DNA of 34,218 nt, taken from assembly GCA_938042265.1 (NCBI GenBank), contig CALIRN010000327.1, forward strand, positions 1 through 34,218, in the 5' to 3' direction. This document shows positions 25,969 to 34,218 of the stretch, piece by piece (positions within the stretch are counted from its first letter, which is position 1; each line of letters starts with the position of its first letter). Source of the DNA: an uncultured Eubacteriaceae bacterium. GTDB lineage: Bacteria > Bacillota > Clostridia > Lachnospirales > CAG-274. Below the pieces are notes generated by a model. The model had not been told where the DNA came from, made no database searches, and saw only the letters and a program-made list of their open reading frames with translations. The position numbers and the translations under genes are program-made.

Positions 25969-25988
25969 AAAAATCCTCTTTTCCGTAT

Positions 25989-26014
25989 GCCAAAAAGACG
26001 CTGCCGTCTTTGGC
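25989..26014 (-). terminator. Candidate terminator after dnaE
   Basis: Minus strand reads AAGACG-GCAG-CGTCTT followed by TTTGG, directly after the dnaE stop. Confidence 0.45.
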
Positions 26015-26020
26015 ACAGCT

Positions 26021-29000
26021 TTATTTCACTATCACGCAGCTCTCACCGCAAAGTCTCTTAAGCCCGTCCAACAGCTCATCACAGGGCTTTGCGTAATACT
26101 GGGGCGAAACACTCATACGCTTTTTTGTTTTTTCATCATAAATAATAACCTTGCTTGTGCCCCTGTTTCGTATAAGCATATTTTTTATAATTTCCATATC
26201 AACAGCTTTATCGGCAGGCAGCTTTATCCATACAGTTTTATCCGCCTCCGCCAGCTCATCATAGGCTTTGATGCCGTCAGCCACAATTTTAGGCTCCTTA
26301 CCCTCTGAAATATCTGTTCTGCCGGAAACAAGTATAACCCTGTTTTCACCCAAAATACGTGAGGAGGCTTCATAAAGCTGAGGAAACACTATAATATCTA
26401 TGCTTCCGTTTATATCCTCTAAGGTAATATAGGCCATCTTCTGATTTTTTTTGGTAAACTTAACGGACAGGTTTTCAATAATACCGCCTATTGTTACCTT
26501 TTCCTTATCCATGATTTTGCCCTGCATACCTATTTCCTCATCATTCTGCGGAAAATCCAGAGTTGTACAGGATACAAAATTTTTAAGCACAGACTCATAA
26601 GCAGCCAAAGGATGACCGCTGACATATATACCAAGCAGCTCCTTTTCCATTGACAGCAGATCCACCTTTGAAAACTCCTTTACATCCGGAAGATTATCCC
26701 TGTAAATATCCTCGGGTTTTTCCGCCGTCAGAGCAAATAAATTCATCTGACCTGCCACATTGTTACGCCTGCTCTGGCCAAGGCCGTTATGTATAAGCTT
26801 GCAAACCTGCATATACTGGGCGCGCTTACCTCCAAGGCTGTCAAAAGCGCCGCTTCGTATAAGGCTTTCAACACATTTGGTATTCATTACGGCACCCATT
26901 CTCTCCAAAAACTGGGTAAGACTTATATACGGACCATTTTTATCTCTGTCACGCACCATTGCTTCAACGGCCGCACGTCCCACACTTTTTATTGCCGCAA
27001 GACCAAAACGTATATTGCCCTCGTGCTTTGTAAACTGCGGGTAGCCGTTATTGATATCTGGCGGAAGCAGTTTAATGCCAAGCCTGCGGCACTCTGCAAT
27101 ATATTCTCTTACCTTTGTGCTGTTATCGGCAACACTGGTAAGAAGCGCCGCCATAAACTCAACAGGATAATAAGCTTTTAGCCATGCTGTCTGATAAGCC
27201 ACAACCGCATAGGCGGCCGCATGGGACTTATTAAAGGCGTACTTTGCAAAGTCCGTCATTTCATCAAAAATATGATTTGCTACATTGGCAGGTATACCGT
27301 TTTTAATACAGCCGGGTACCCCCTCCGCTTCATCACCGTTAATAAACTTCTCCCGTTCTCTCGCCATTACATCTGTCTTTTTTTTACTCATGGCACGACG
27401 TACCATATCGCTTCTGCCAAGAGAATAGCCTGCAAGCTCACGCACTATCTGCATAACCTGCTCCTGATAAACAATACAACCGTACGTGGGCTTTAAAATA
27501 GGCTCAAGACGAGGATGTGTATATTTTACGCTGTCACGGCTCCGCTTACCCTGTATATACTTTGGTATAAAATCCATAGGACCAGGACGATACAGGGAAA
27601 TACCTGCAATAATATCCTCTATATTATGAGGCTGAAGTTCCTTCATAAAGGAGGTCATACCAGGGCTTTCAAGCTGGAACACGCCTACGGTATTACCCTT
27701 TGATATAAGCTCAAACACCTTTTTATCATCATAATCAATCTTATTGGGATCATATTTTATACCGTAGTTACGCTCAACCTCCTTAAAGGCATTCTGTATA
27801 ACGGTAAGGGTTCTCAATCCCAAAAAATCCATTTTTAAGAGTCCCAGTTCCTCAATGGTGGTCATAGTAAACTGAGTTGTAACAGTACCGTCATTGGTGC
27901 TGAGTGGCACATAATCCACTACCGGTCGGTCACAGATTACCACACCTGCCGCATGAGTTGAGGAATGTCTTGGCAAGCCCTCCAGCTTGCGCGCCATATC
28001 AATCAGGTTGTGTATCTCAGGTTCATTTTCATAAATTGCCTCAAGGTCCGAATTAATTCCCATAGCCTTATCTATTGTCATTTTCAGCTCCATGGGAATC
28101 ATTTTTGCCACCCTGTCACAATCACTGTAAGGTAAATCAAGGGCTCGTCCCACATCACGAATTGCATTACGTGCCTTCATTGTACCAAAGGTAACAATCT
28201 GCGAAACCTGATCAACTCCGTACTTATCTACAACATAATCAATAACCTCCTGTCGCCTTTCATAACAGAAGTCTACGTCAATATCAGGCATACTTACACG
28301 CTCAGGGTTAAGAAAACGTTCAAAAATAAGGTCATAATGTATTGGGTCAATATCCGTAATTTTCAGGCAATAAGCAACAATACTGCCTGCTGCCGAGCCT
28401 CTGCCCGGACCTACCATAATATCGTTACGCTTTGCATAGCCTATAAAGTCCGCTACTATAAGGAAATAGTCCACAAAGCCCATCTGCTCAATTACGCTAA
28501 GCTCATACTCCAGCCTTTCCCTATGTTTCTCCGGATTATCCGGATAACGCTCCCTAAGCCCCTCATCACAAAGTCTGTGCAGATACTGTGAAGAAGTCAT
28601 ACCATCGGGCACATCAAAAACGGGCAGCTTATATTTATTAAATTCAAAGCTGACATTACATCGGCTTGCTATTAAATTGGTATTTTCACACGCCTGTCTT
28701 GCATAGGGAAAAAGGTCATACATTTCCTTTGGAGATTTAAGATAAAACTGACCGCCAAGATATCTCATACGGTTTTCATCATTAACGGTTTTTCCTGTCT
28801 GTATACAAAGCAGAATATCATGAGCTTCCGCATCCTCCGCATTAATATAATGCAAATCGTTGGTACACACAAGCGGAATACCTGTTTCATCACTCATACG
28901 CAGAAGCGCCTGATTAACCGTCTGCTGCTCCTCCATGCCATGGTCCTGCAATTCAAGATAAAAATTACCTTTACCGAATATTGCCTCATACTCCAGTGCG

Positions 29001-29476
29001 ACTTCCTTAGCTTTATCATAGCCCTGCCTTAAAACAGTGCGTGCAACGGGGCCCGCAAGGCAGGCAGACAATGCAATAACTCCCTCGTGATACTTTTCAA
29101 GCAGTTCCTTATCAACCCTGGGTTTATAGTAAAAGCCTTCCGTAAAACCGTAGGACACCATTTTTATAAGATTTTGATAGCCCTTATTATTTTCCGCAAG
29201 CAGCACAAGATGATAGTAAAAATTATCCTCTGACGCTTCCTTATTAAAACGTGAGCCTGAGGCAACATACACCTCACAGCCAATTATGGGTTTAATACCC
29301 TCCCTAAGGGCAGCCTTATAAAAGTCAATAACACCGTACATGACACCATGGTCGGTAATTGCTATTGCTTCCATCCCCAGCTCCTTTGCTCTCTTACAAA
29401 GCTCATTTATTTTTGATGAGCCGTCAAGCAAGCTGTACTCCGTATGCACATGTAAATGAGTAAATTGGTTTTCCAT
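26021..29476 (-). CDS. dnaE: DNA polymerase III alpha subunit (DnaE type)
   Basis: PHP-domain N-terminus FTHLHVHTEYSLLDGS, a polymerase core (PDIDVDF, GLLKMDFLGL) and a C-terminal OB region. 1151 aa with no PolC-type exonuclease insertion. Confidence 0.92.
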   Translation of the reverse strand: MENQFTHLHVHTEYSLLDGSSKINELCKRAKELGMEAIAITDHGVMYGVIDFYKAALREGIKPIIGCEVYVASGSRFNKEASEDNFYYHLVLLAENNKGYQNLIKMVSYGFTEGFYYKPRVDKELLEKYHEGVIALSACLAGPVARTVLRQGYDKAKEVALEYEAIFGKGNFYLELQDHGMEEQQTVNQALLRMSDETGIPLVCTNDLHYINAEDAEAHDILLCIQTGKTVNDENRMRYLGGQFYLKSPKEMYDLFPYARQACENTNLIASRCNVSFEFNKYKLPVFDVPDGMTSSQYLHRLCDEGLRERYPDNPEKHRERLEYELSVIEQMGFVDYFLIVADFIGYAKRNDIMVGPGRGSAAGSIVAYCLKITDIDPIHYDLIFERFLNPERVSMPDIDVDFCYERRQEVIDYVVDKYGVDQVSQIVTFGTMKARNAIRDVGRALDLPYSDCDRVAKMIPMELKMTIDKAMGINSDLEAIYENEPEIHNLIDMARKLEGLPRHSSTHAAGVVICDRPVVDYVPLSTNDGTVTTQFTMTTIEELGLLKMDFLGLRTLTVIQNAFKEVERNYGIKYDPNKIDYDDKKVFELISKGNTVGVFQLESPGMTSFMKELQPHNIEDIIAGISLYRPGPMDFIPKYIQGKRSRDSVKYTHPRLEPILKPTYGCIVYQEQVMQIVRELAGYSLGRSDMVRRAMSKKKTDVMAREREKFINGDEAEGVPGCIKNGIPANVANHIFDEMTDFAKYAFNKSHAAAYAVVAYQTAWLKAYYPVEFMAALLTSVADNSTKVREYIAECRRLGIKLLPPDINNGYPQFTKHEGNIRFGLAAIKSVGRAAVEAMVRDRDKNGPYISLTQFLERMGAVMNTKCVESLIRSGAFDSLGGKRAQYMQVCKLIHNGLGQSRRNNVAGQMNLFALTAEKPEDIYRDNLPDVKEFSKVDLLSMEKELLGIYVSGHPLAAYESVLKNFVSCTTLDFPQNDEEIGMQGKIMDKEKVTIGGIIENLSVKFTKKNQKMAYITLEDINGSIDIIVFPQLYEASSRILGENRVILVSGRTDISEGKEPKIVADGIKAYDELAEADKTVWIKLPADKAVDMEIIKNMLIRNRGTSKVIIYDEKTKKRMSVSPQYYAKPCDELLDGLKRLCGESCVIVK

Positions 29477-29504
29477 GGTATCACCTGCCTAAAAAATTCA
29501 TTAT

Positions 29505-29996
29505 TTAATATTGTACAATATCCGCAGGTAAAACAAAGCTGCAAGCCTTGTTTTCACCGGATATGGTGCGAAATAGGTCGGCTTTGACGCCCTATGAGCA
29601 GCATAATGCAAAATTTTACGGAGGATTAGCCGTATGCCTAAATCTCCTAAACACGTATGTGTTTATTATACCATAATCGCAACAAAAACAAGGCCGGAGG
29701 CTTTGTTTTTGCAGATTATGGTACGAAACAGGTCGGCTTTGTCACCTGTGAGTAGTATAATGCGAAAGCTCTGCTTTTGCGGAGAGTCAGCCGACAGGCT
29801 GAGGCTCCTAAACACGTATGTGTTTATTATACCATAATCGCAACAAAAACAAGGCCGGAGGCTTTGTTTTTGCAGATTATGGTACGAAACAGGTCGGCTT
29901 TGTCACCTGTGAGTAGTATAATGCGAAAGCTCTGCTTTTGCGGAGAGTCAGCCGACAGGCTGAGGCTCCTAAACACGTATGTGTTTATTATACCAC
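29505..29996 (-). repeat. Head-to-tail array (161-bp period, about 3 units) of a structured element; candidate tandem sRNA cassettes or stacked dnaE leader
   Basis: 29644-29804 and 29805-29965 read as identical, and the match continues to about 29996. A diverged unit lies at about 29505-29660. Each unit has four helices, a terminator-like hairpin (29682-29710, 29843-29871) and TGGTATAAT (-10 hexamers at 29665-29670, 29826-29831, 29987-29992). Confidence 0.8.
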
Positions 29997-30078
29997 AGTC
30001 GGCGACAAATAAAAAGAGTTATTGTTTAATAAAAATACACCAAAGCTTAAACCAAAGCAGACAGACAGCTTTTGTATA

Positions 30079-30105
30079 TAAAAAAGGTGCCGCAATGCGA
30101 CACCC
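30079..30105 (-). terminator. Intrinsic terminator of the infC-rpmI-rplT operon
   Basis: Minus strand reads GGTGTCGCATTGCGGCACC followed by TTTTTT, about 20 nt after the rplT stop. Confidence 0.75.
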
Positions 30106-30122
30106 TAAATAGCAAATAAATA

Positions 30123-30476
30123 TTAAAGAGCAGCCTTAGCTGTTTCCGCAAGCTTAGTAAAAGCAGCAGCATCATTTACGGCAAGCTCGGCAAGCATCTT
30201 TCTGTTGATGTTTACATTAGCATTCTTAAGACCGTTCATAAACTTGCTGTACGAAAGACCATTCATTCTTGCAGCAGCATTGATACGTACAATCCAAAGT
30301 CTTCTGTAAGCTCTCTTAGTCTGTTTTCTGCCTGCAAAGCTGTGAGCCATAGCTCTCATAACAGACTGCTTTGCAACTCTGTACTGCTTACTTCTTGCGC
30401 CTACAAAGCCCTTAGCCATCTTTAAAACTTTCTTATGCTTTTTACGTGCGTTTAATGCACCTTTAACTCTAGCCAT
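30123..30476 (-). CDS. rplT: 50S ribosomal protein L20
   Basis: [37 protein letters not shown] is the canonical L20 sequence. Confidence 0.95.
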   Translation of the reverse strand: MARVKGALNARKKHKKVLKMAKGFVGARSKQYRVAKQSVMRAMAHSFAGRKQTKRAYRRLWIVRINAAARMNGLSYSKFMNGLKNANVNINRKMLAELAVNDAAAFTKLAETAKAAL

Positions 30477-30497
30477 TTCAACAAATCCTCCTAAAAA

Positions 30498-30695
30498 TTA
30501 GATATATGGTAACTCTTTTCTCATTGCCTTGATATTGGTTGAATCAACAACAGTTGACTTTCTTAAGCCGCGAAGTCTTTTACTGTTCTTCTTAGTGAGA
30601 ATATGCTGCTTGTTAGCCTTAGTTCTCTTAATCTTACCTGTACCTGTAGCTGAAACTCTTTTGGCAACAGCCTTTCTTGTCTTTAATTTAGGCAT
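30498..30695 (-). CDS. rpmI: 50S ribosomal protein L35
   Basis: MPKLKTRKAVAKRV..TGTGKIKR..A.KQHILTKK is the canonical L35 sequence. Confidence 0.95.
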   Translation of the reverse strand: MPKLKTRKAVAKRVSATGTGKIKRTKANKQHILTKKNSKRLRGLRKSTVVDSTNIKAMRKELPYI

Positions 30696-30843
30696 ATCAA
30701 ATGTCCTCCTTGGAAATTATTAAATAAATAGTTGAGCAATGCACCCGATTTAAAGTATCGTGTCAAAGGCAAAAGCGGCTTTCGTCATCAATTTCCTTCC
30801 GACTGCGTATAACCTATGGCATTGAAAATGCTTGCCGGTTACA

Positions 30844-31353
30844 TTAATTTTTAGGTGCAAGGAACATTGCCATAGTTCTTGCTTCCATCTTAGGTTCTTT
30901 ATCAACCACACCGAATTCGGCAACCTGCTGTGCAAAGTCCTTCATAATATCTACAGCAACGTCAGTTCTTGCCATTTCACGACCTCTGAAACGAATGCTG
31001 ATTTTTACCTTGTTGCCCTCTTTAAGGAATTTTATAGCATTTTTAACCTTTACCTGCACATCATGTGTATCAATATTAGGTGACAGACGTAACTCTTTAA
31101 CCGAAACAGTTTTCTGCTTTTTACGAGCTTCCTTCTCCTTCTTCGCCTGGTCAAACTTATATTTACTGTAATCCATAATTTTGCACACAGGTGGTTTAGC
31201 CTGAGGGGAAATTTTTACAAGGTCAAGCTGTTTTTCCTCAGCCATTTTTCTTGCTTCCTTACCGGAAACAATACCGACCTGCTCGCCTGTATCGCTGATA
31301 AGACGTACTTCTTTATCCCTGATCTGTTCGTTAATCATTAAATCTGTAATAAT
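30844..31353 (-). CDS. infC: Translation initiation factor IF-3, probable ATT start
   Basis: INEQIRDKEVRLISDTGEQVGIV...KISIRFRGREM are IF-3 motifs. GGAGGTG (31357-31363) is followed 3 nt later by ATT ATT (31353/31350). The first ATG (31338) lies 18 nt from the RBS. Confidence 0.88.
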   Translation of the reverse strand: MITDLMINEQIRDKEVRLISDTGEQVGIVSGKEARKMAEEKQLDLVKISPQAKPPVCKIMDYSKYKFDQAKKEKEARKKQKTVSVKELRLSPNIDTHDVQVKVKNAIKFLKEGNKVKISIRFRGREMARTDVAVDIMKDFAQQVAEFGVVDKEPKMEARTMAMFLAPKN

Positions 31354-31522
31354 TGACACCTCCAATATAATAAATGACTTTTTGTTATGCTGTAATAAAA
31401 AAAACAGAGCCCAAAGCTCTGCCTCCATTAACTTATACATAACCACAGGTAATGTGAATATGAAAATGGTTTAACCTTAAAGCCTTGACCGTAAGGTGAG
31501 AAGTGAGCTTCTTCTTTACAAC
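31354..31522 (-). promoter_or_regulatory. infC leader with attenuator, probably an L20-responsive leader
   Basis: About 170 nt of transcribed leader between the consensus promoter and infC. It contains a terminator, CAGAGC-TTTG-GGCTCTG plus TTTTTTTT (31397-31422). Position and architecture match the Firmicutes L20 leader, but I could not verify the sequence family. Confidence 0.5.
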
Positions 31523-31528
31523 AAAAAG

Positions 31529-31557
31529 ATTATATCACTCCTCAGCCTCAATGTCAA
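31529..31557 (-). promoter_or_regulatory. Consensus sigma-A promoter TTGACA - 17 nt - TATAAT for the infC operon
   Basis: Minus strand reads TTGACAttgaggctgaggagtgaTATAAT, perfect in both hexamers and in spacing. Confidence 0.75.
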
Positions 31558-31586
31558 GGATTATTTTGTAAAATATCTATTCACCT

Positions 31587-32849
31587 TCATTGTTTATAAA
31601 ACTCATTATATAAGCGCTCCTCAACTTCATCAAGCGTCATTTTTCCATAAAGATAATAAGTACTTTCATTTATAAAGCTTAAGTATACATCCTCTGCCTC
31701 AAATACCGTATTCATTTTTGATAAATACTCCTGGTTATCAGCAATCTGCTGATTTGCATCTGCTGCAAGATCATTAAGCATATCCTCATGCTCCAAAACC
31801 TCAAGGGCACTGTCACTTATCGGTATACCCTTTTCATCTTTTTGCAGAAGTGCCATTTCCCTACTGTTAATCAAAAATTCCAAAAGCCTTGCAGCAGCCT
31901 CAGGTTCCTCAGTGTGTTTGCTTATAGCATACATAGTGGCAGGCTTAACATACCAGCCAAGCCTTTTTACATATTCTGCTCTCGGATAAGCCCCCACAAC
32001 CACATTTGCGCCCCTTTCAATCAATATACTGCAATAGCTGTCCACATCGCTTACCCAGCCAACAGTTGCCCCTGCCTTACCCTGCGAAAACAAATTCCTG
32101 TCATATTGCTGTACGGGTGGCATAACCCTTTCATCAATTAGGCGTTTATAAAACTTAAGCATATACCCGATATCCTCTTTTGTCAGCAAAAGTCTGCCGT
32201 CTTCATCACAGGCTGATTTACCCGTAGTCTGCTCAAAATATGACAGCACAAAAAAGAATGCCGCCTTATCACCCATACCTATAGGATAAATGCCGTCCTT
32301 ACCCATTATCTTTGCCGCAGCAAAGAAGTCCTCCCACGTCGTAGGCAAAGGTATATTGTATTTATCATACAAGTCCTTATTATAATATAGTGTTTCAACA
32401 TTAAATGCAATTGGTATGGCATTAAGGTGTCCGTTTACCTCGCCATATGCAAGCTCCTCATCAGTAAAGGTCGATAAGTCCACATAGTCCGTAAGGTCAT
32501 AAATATCGTAAAATCCATCACCCTCCGGGGAGTAATCTGATATCCACGAATAATTAATCAGCATAACATCAGGTTCATCATTTGACTTCATAAATATATT
32601 CTGTCGCTTGCTGTAGCCATTCCAGATGCCGTATTTACATTCAACCCTTATATCCTCATTAAGCTGTTCAAATACGCTAACCCCCTCCATCATATACGTA
32701 TGTCTGCTGTCGCCGCCCCACCATGACAGGCTTATATGTTTTGTATTAAGCTGCTCCTCAACCACATTATCCCCGTCCGAACAGCCAAACATATTAAAGG
32801 CTAAAACGATACATAATGCAGCAGAAAAAAGCCCTTTAATTTTTTTCAT
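31587..32849 (-). CDS. Extracellular solute-binding lipoprotein (ABC SBP family 1-like), orphan
   Basis: MKKIKGLFSAALCIVLAFNMFGCS is a lipoprotein signal. The rest is a sugar-type SBP-like sequence of ~420 aa. The ATG at 32849 is preceded by AAGAGG. No permease or ATPase gene follows. Confidence 0.7.
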   Translation of the reverse strand: MKKIKGLFSAALCIVLAFNMFGCSDGDNVVEEQLNTKHISLSWWGGDSRHTYMMEGVSVFEQLNEDIRVECKYGIWNGYSKRQNIFMKSNDEPDVMLINYSWISDYSPEGDGFYDIYDLTDYVDLSTFTDEELAYGEVNGHLNAIPIAFNVETLYYNKDLYDKYNIPLPTTWEDFFAAAKIMGKDGIYPIGMGDKAAFFFVLSYFEQTTGKSACDEDGRLLLTKEDIGYMLKFYKRLIDERVMPPVQQYDRNLFSQGKAGATVGWVSDVDSYCSILIERGANVVVGAYPRAEYVKRLGWYVKPATMYAISKHTEEPEAAARLLEFLINSREMALLQKDEKGIPISDSALEVLEHEDMLNDLAADANQQIADNQEYLSKMNTVFEAEDVYLSFINESTYYLYGKMTLDEVEERLYNEFYKQ

Positions 32850-32874
32850 ATTATTACCTCTTTTTGTAACGCTT

Positions 32875-34218
32875 TCAATAAAACGTAAAGCGGTTTTTAC
32901 CGTTCTTTTTTGATTTATACAAGGCAACATCAGCCGCCTTGTACATTTTATTAAAGTCCATTTCGCCATATTCTGCCAATGCAATGCCTGCACTTAAGGA
33001 CAGATTACAGCTTTCCGTTTCATCGGCAAATTCCATTGCAAAATCATTGCGCAGTATTTCAATTTCAGACTGAATTTTACGCTTAACATCCCCTTCATCA
33101 GCCTCGGTAAAATGAAAAAATATAGCAAACTCATCACCGCCCAGTCTGCCCATAACAGCCTTTGTACCAAACCTCGCTTTAATAAGACCCGATATACGCA
33201 CAAGTATATTGTCGCCCATATCATGTCCAAGCGTATCATTAACCGTTTTAAAGTTATCCATATCAAGCATAACAAAAGCATTGACATCCTTATTGGTGCT
33301 TGCTTCCATAACAGCGCTTACAGCAGTTTCAAAGGACATTTTATTAAGCAGACCCGTAAGCAGATCATGCTCCGCTTTATCTGCCAGACCTAAAACAATC
33401 TGATTCATTGGGTTTGAAACCTTATTAAGCAAAATCAAACCAAAGGAAATCATCAGTAACAGCATTCCAAAGGAAATAAGGTATATAAATATTTTTACCT
33501 CCGTAATTTCCTTCATAATAATTTTATTTGGTATAGAACAAACAACCAACCAGTTATTGCTGTCACATTTGTTTGATGTAACCAGATAATCCTTACTTAA
33601 AACCATATTACCCCCATTGGCATTAATAAGATTATATATATTCTCATTAAGTTCTTTACCTATCTCATCCTTATTGTTTGAATACAGTACCGTTGAATTT
33701 TCATCCACCAGACGCACAATCATATCATCATGCATATCCTTTGGCACCTCAAATACGGACTCAATTTCACGGCTGTAGAACGAAACAAATAAAATTGAAT
33801 TTTCATTAAGCCTTTTTGCATAAAACAAATTTCTATGATTGTCCGCAGCATCAGAGAACCAGCCCGTTGCACCTTCATCTCCGTCAATTCTGCTCTCAAT
33901 ACCGCTGTATATCTTACCGTCGGCAAAAATTTTATATGTAGCATCTGACACCCAGCCTACCGTACGGTCATTTGCATAAACCACCGCAAAATCCGCATAG
34001 TTTTCAAGCACGCCCAAATCCTGTATTCTGTTTTCTATTTCTGTTTCTTTCTGGATTTTTTCAAATTCGTCATACTCGTCAGAGGTTGCGTCATACTGAT
34101 AATATACCTCATCAGAAAAAAACAGCGATGTTATGGTTTTTATCTTTTCCAGATAATTATCCAAATTCATAACCTGCTGTGATGTGTTTAAGTTAATAAG
34201 CGTTGCTGTCTTTTTCAG
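32875..34218 (-). CDS. Diguanylate cyclase with periplasmic Cache-like sensor, TM segment and GGDEF domain (5'-partial at the window edge)
   Basis: The RLGGDEFAIFF active-site motif and DMDNFKTVND are present. A TM helix (IFIYLISFGMLLLMISFGLILL) separates the ~220-aa extracytoplasmic part. The reading frame stays open from 34170 to the window end, so the true start is probably outside the window. Confidence 0.8.
   Translation of the reverse strand: MKKTATLINLNTSQQVMNLDNYLEKIKTITSLFFSDEVYYQYDATSDEYDEFEKIQKETEIENRIQDLGVLENYADFAVVYANDRTVGWVSDATYKIFADGKIYSGIESRIDGDEGATGWFSDAADNHRNLFYAKRLNENSILFVSFYSREIESVFEVPKDMHDDMIVRLVDENSTVLYSNNKDEIGKELNENIYNLINANGGNMVLSKDYLVTSNKCDSNNWLVVCSIPNKIIMKEITEVKIFIYLISFGMLLLMISFGLILLNKVSNPMNQIVLGLADKAEHDLLTGLLNKMSFETAVSAVMEASTNKDVNAFVMLDMDNFKTVNDTLGHDMGDNILVRISGLIKARFGTKAVMGRLGGDEFAIFFHFTEADEGDVKRKIQSEIEILRNDFAMEFADETESCNLSLSAGIALAEYGEMDFNKMYKAADVALYKSKKNGKNRFTFY

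Noticed and set aside
29841-29872. CAAAGCCUCCGGCC inside the unit resembles part of the c-di-GMP-I (GEMM-I, Vc2) aptamer, and a GGDEF gene lies in the window.
   Set aside because: The string is not conserved in the diverged unit or in the solo copy; only the pairing is. The rest of the GEMM-I consensus is absent.
29505-29996. Possible CRISPR array or type III (ToxI-like) antitoxin RNA repeat array.
   Set aside because: The period is 161 bp with no unique spacers and no cas genes nearby. The downstream gene is dnaE rather than a ToxN/AbiE-type endoribonuclease, and known ToxI-type repeats are far shorter.
29634-30112. Two plus-strand ORFs (67 and 111 aa) running through the repeat array, with identical peptide segments.
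   Set aside because: They are a by-product of translating the perfect 161-bp repeats. Neither has an RBS, and the solo copy at 5036-5196 does not preserve either frame.
30696-30843. A 148-nt gap between infC and rpmI as a possible extra regulatory RNA. The 61-aa ORF at 30750-30935 was also considered.
   Set aside because: I found only one modest hairpin (GUAACC-GGCA...UGCC-GGUUAU) and no promoter or terminator signature. The ORF overlaps the infC 3' end out of frame and lacks an RBS.

Overview
This is a Clostridia-like (low-GC Firmicutes) chromosomal window, and most of it is housekeeping. Left to right it contains:
- The tail of a polysaccharide cluster: aminotransferase, TupA-like ATP-grasp, and a split Alg13/Alg14-like glycosyltransferase.
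- A CdaR/PucR-type regulator.
- A division and wall operon: long ZapA-domain coiled-coil protein, U32 peptidase, SEDS FtsW/RodA and a class B PBP.
- Two large secreted repeat proteins (676 and 1180 aa).
- pyrE, an EamA/DMT transporter, ispF, an ABC exporter and pyruvate kinase.
- A TRAP (mtrB) homolog, azlCD and dnaE.
- The infC-rpmI-rplT operon with a promoter, leader and attenuator.
- An orphan solute-binding lipoprotein and a 5'-partial Cache-GGDEF diguanylate cyclase.

I found no tRNA, rRNA, CRISPR array, transposase or phage gene.

The most unusual signal is a structured element of about 161 bp. It occurs as a head-to-tail array of three units directly upstream of dnaE; two full units read as identical and one is diverged. 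A single inverted copy lies upstream of the zapA-like operon. The diverged copies differ by compensatory changes in several helices, and each unit carries a terminator-like hairpin and a TGnTATAAT extended -10. I do not recognise it as a known RNA family.

Secondary leads:
- A TRAP ortholog with no trp context and no visible (G/U)AG target.
- Two well-signalled micro-ORFs of 20 and 48 aa.
- An 890-bp ORF-free region that includes a promoter and attenuator leader in front of the glycosyltransferase genes.
- Colinear sequence modules shared by two intergenic regions.
- An aminotransferase whose 3' end looks degraded.

All calls come from reading the sequence and from remembered family motifs. 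No database search was run.
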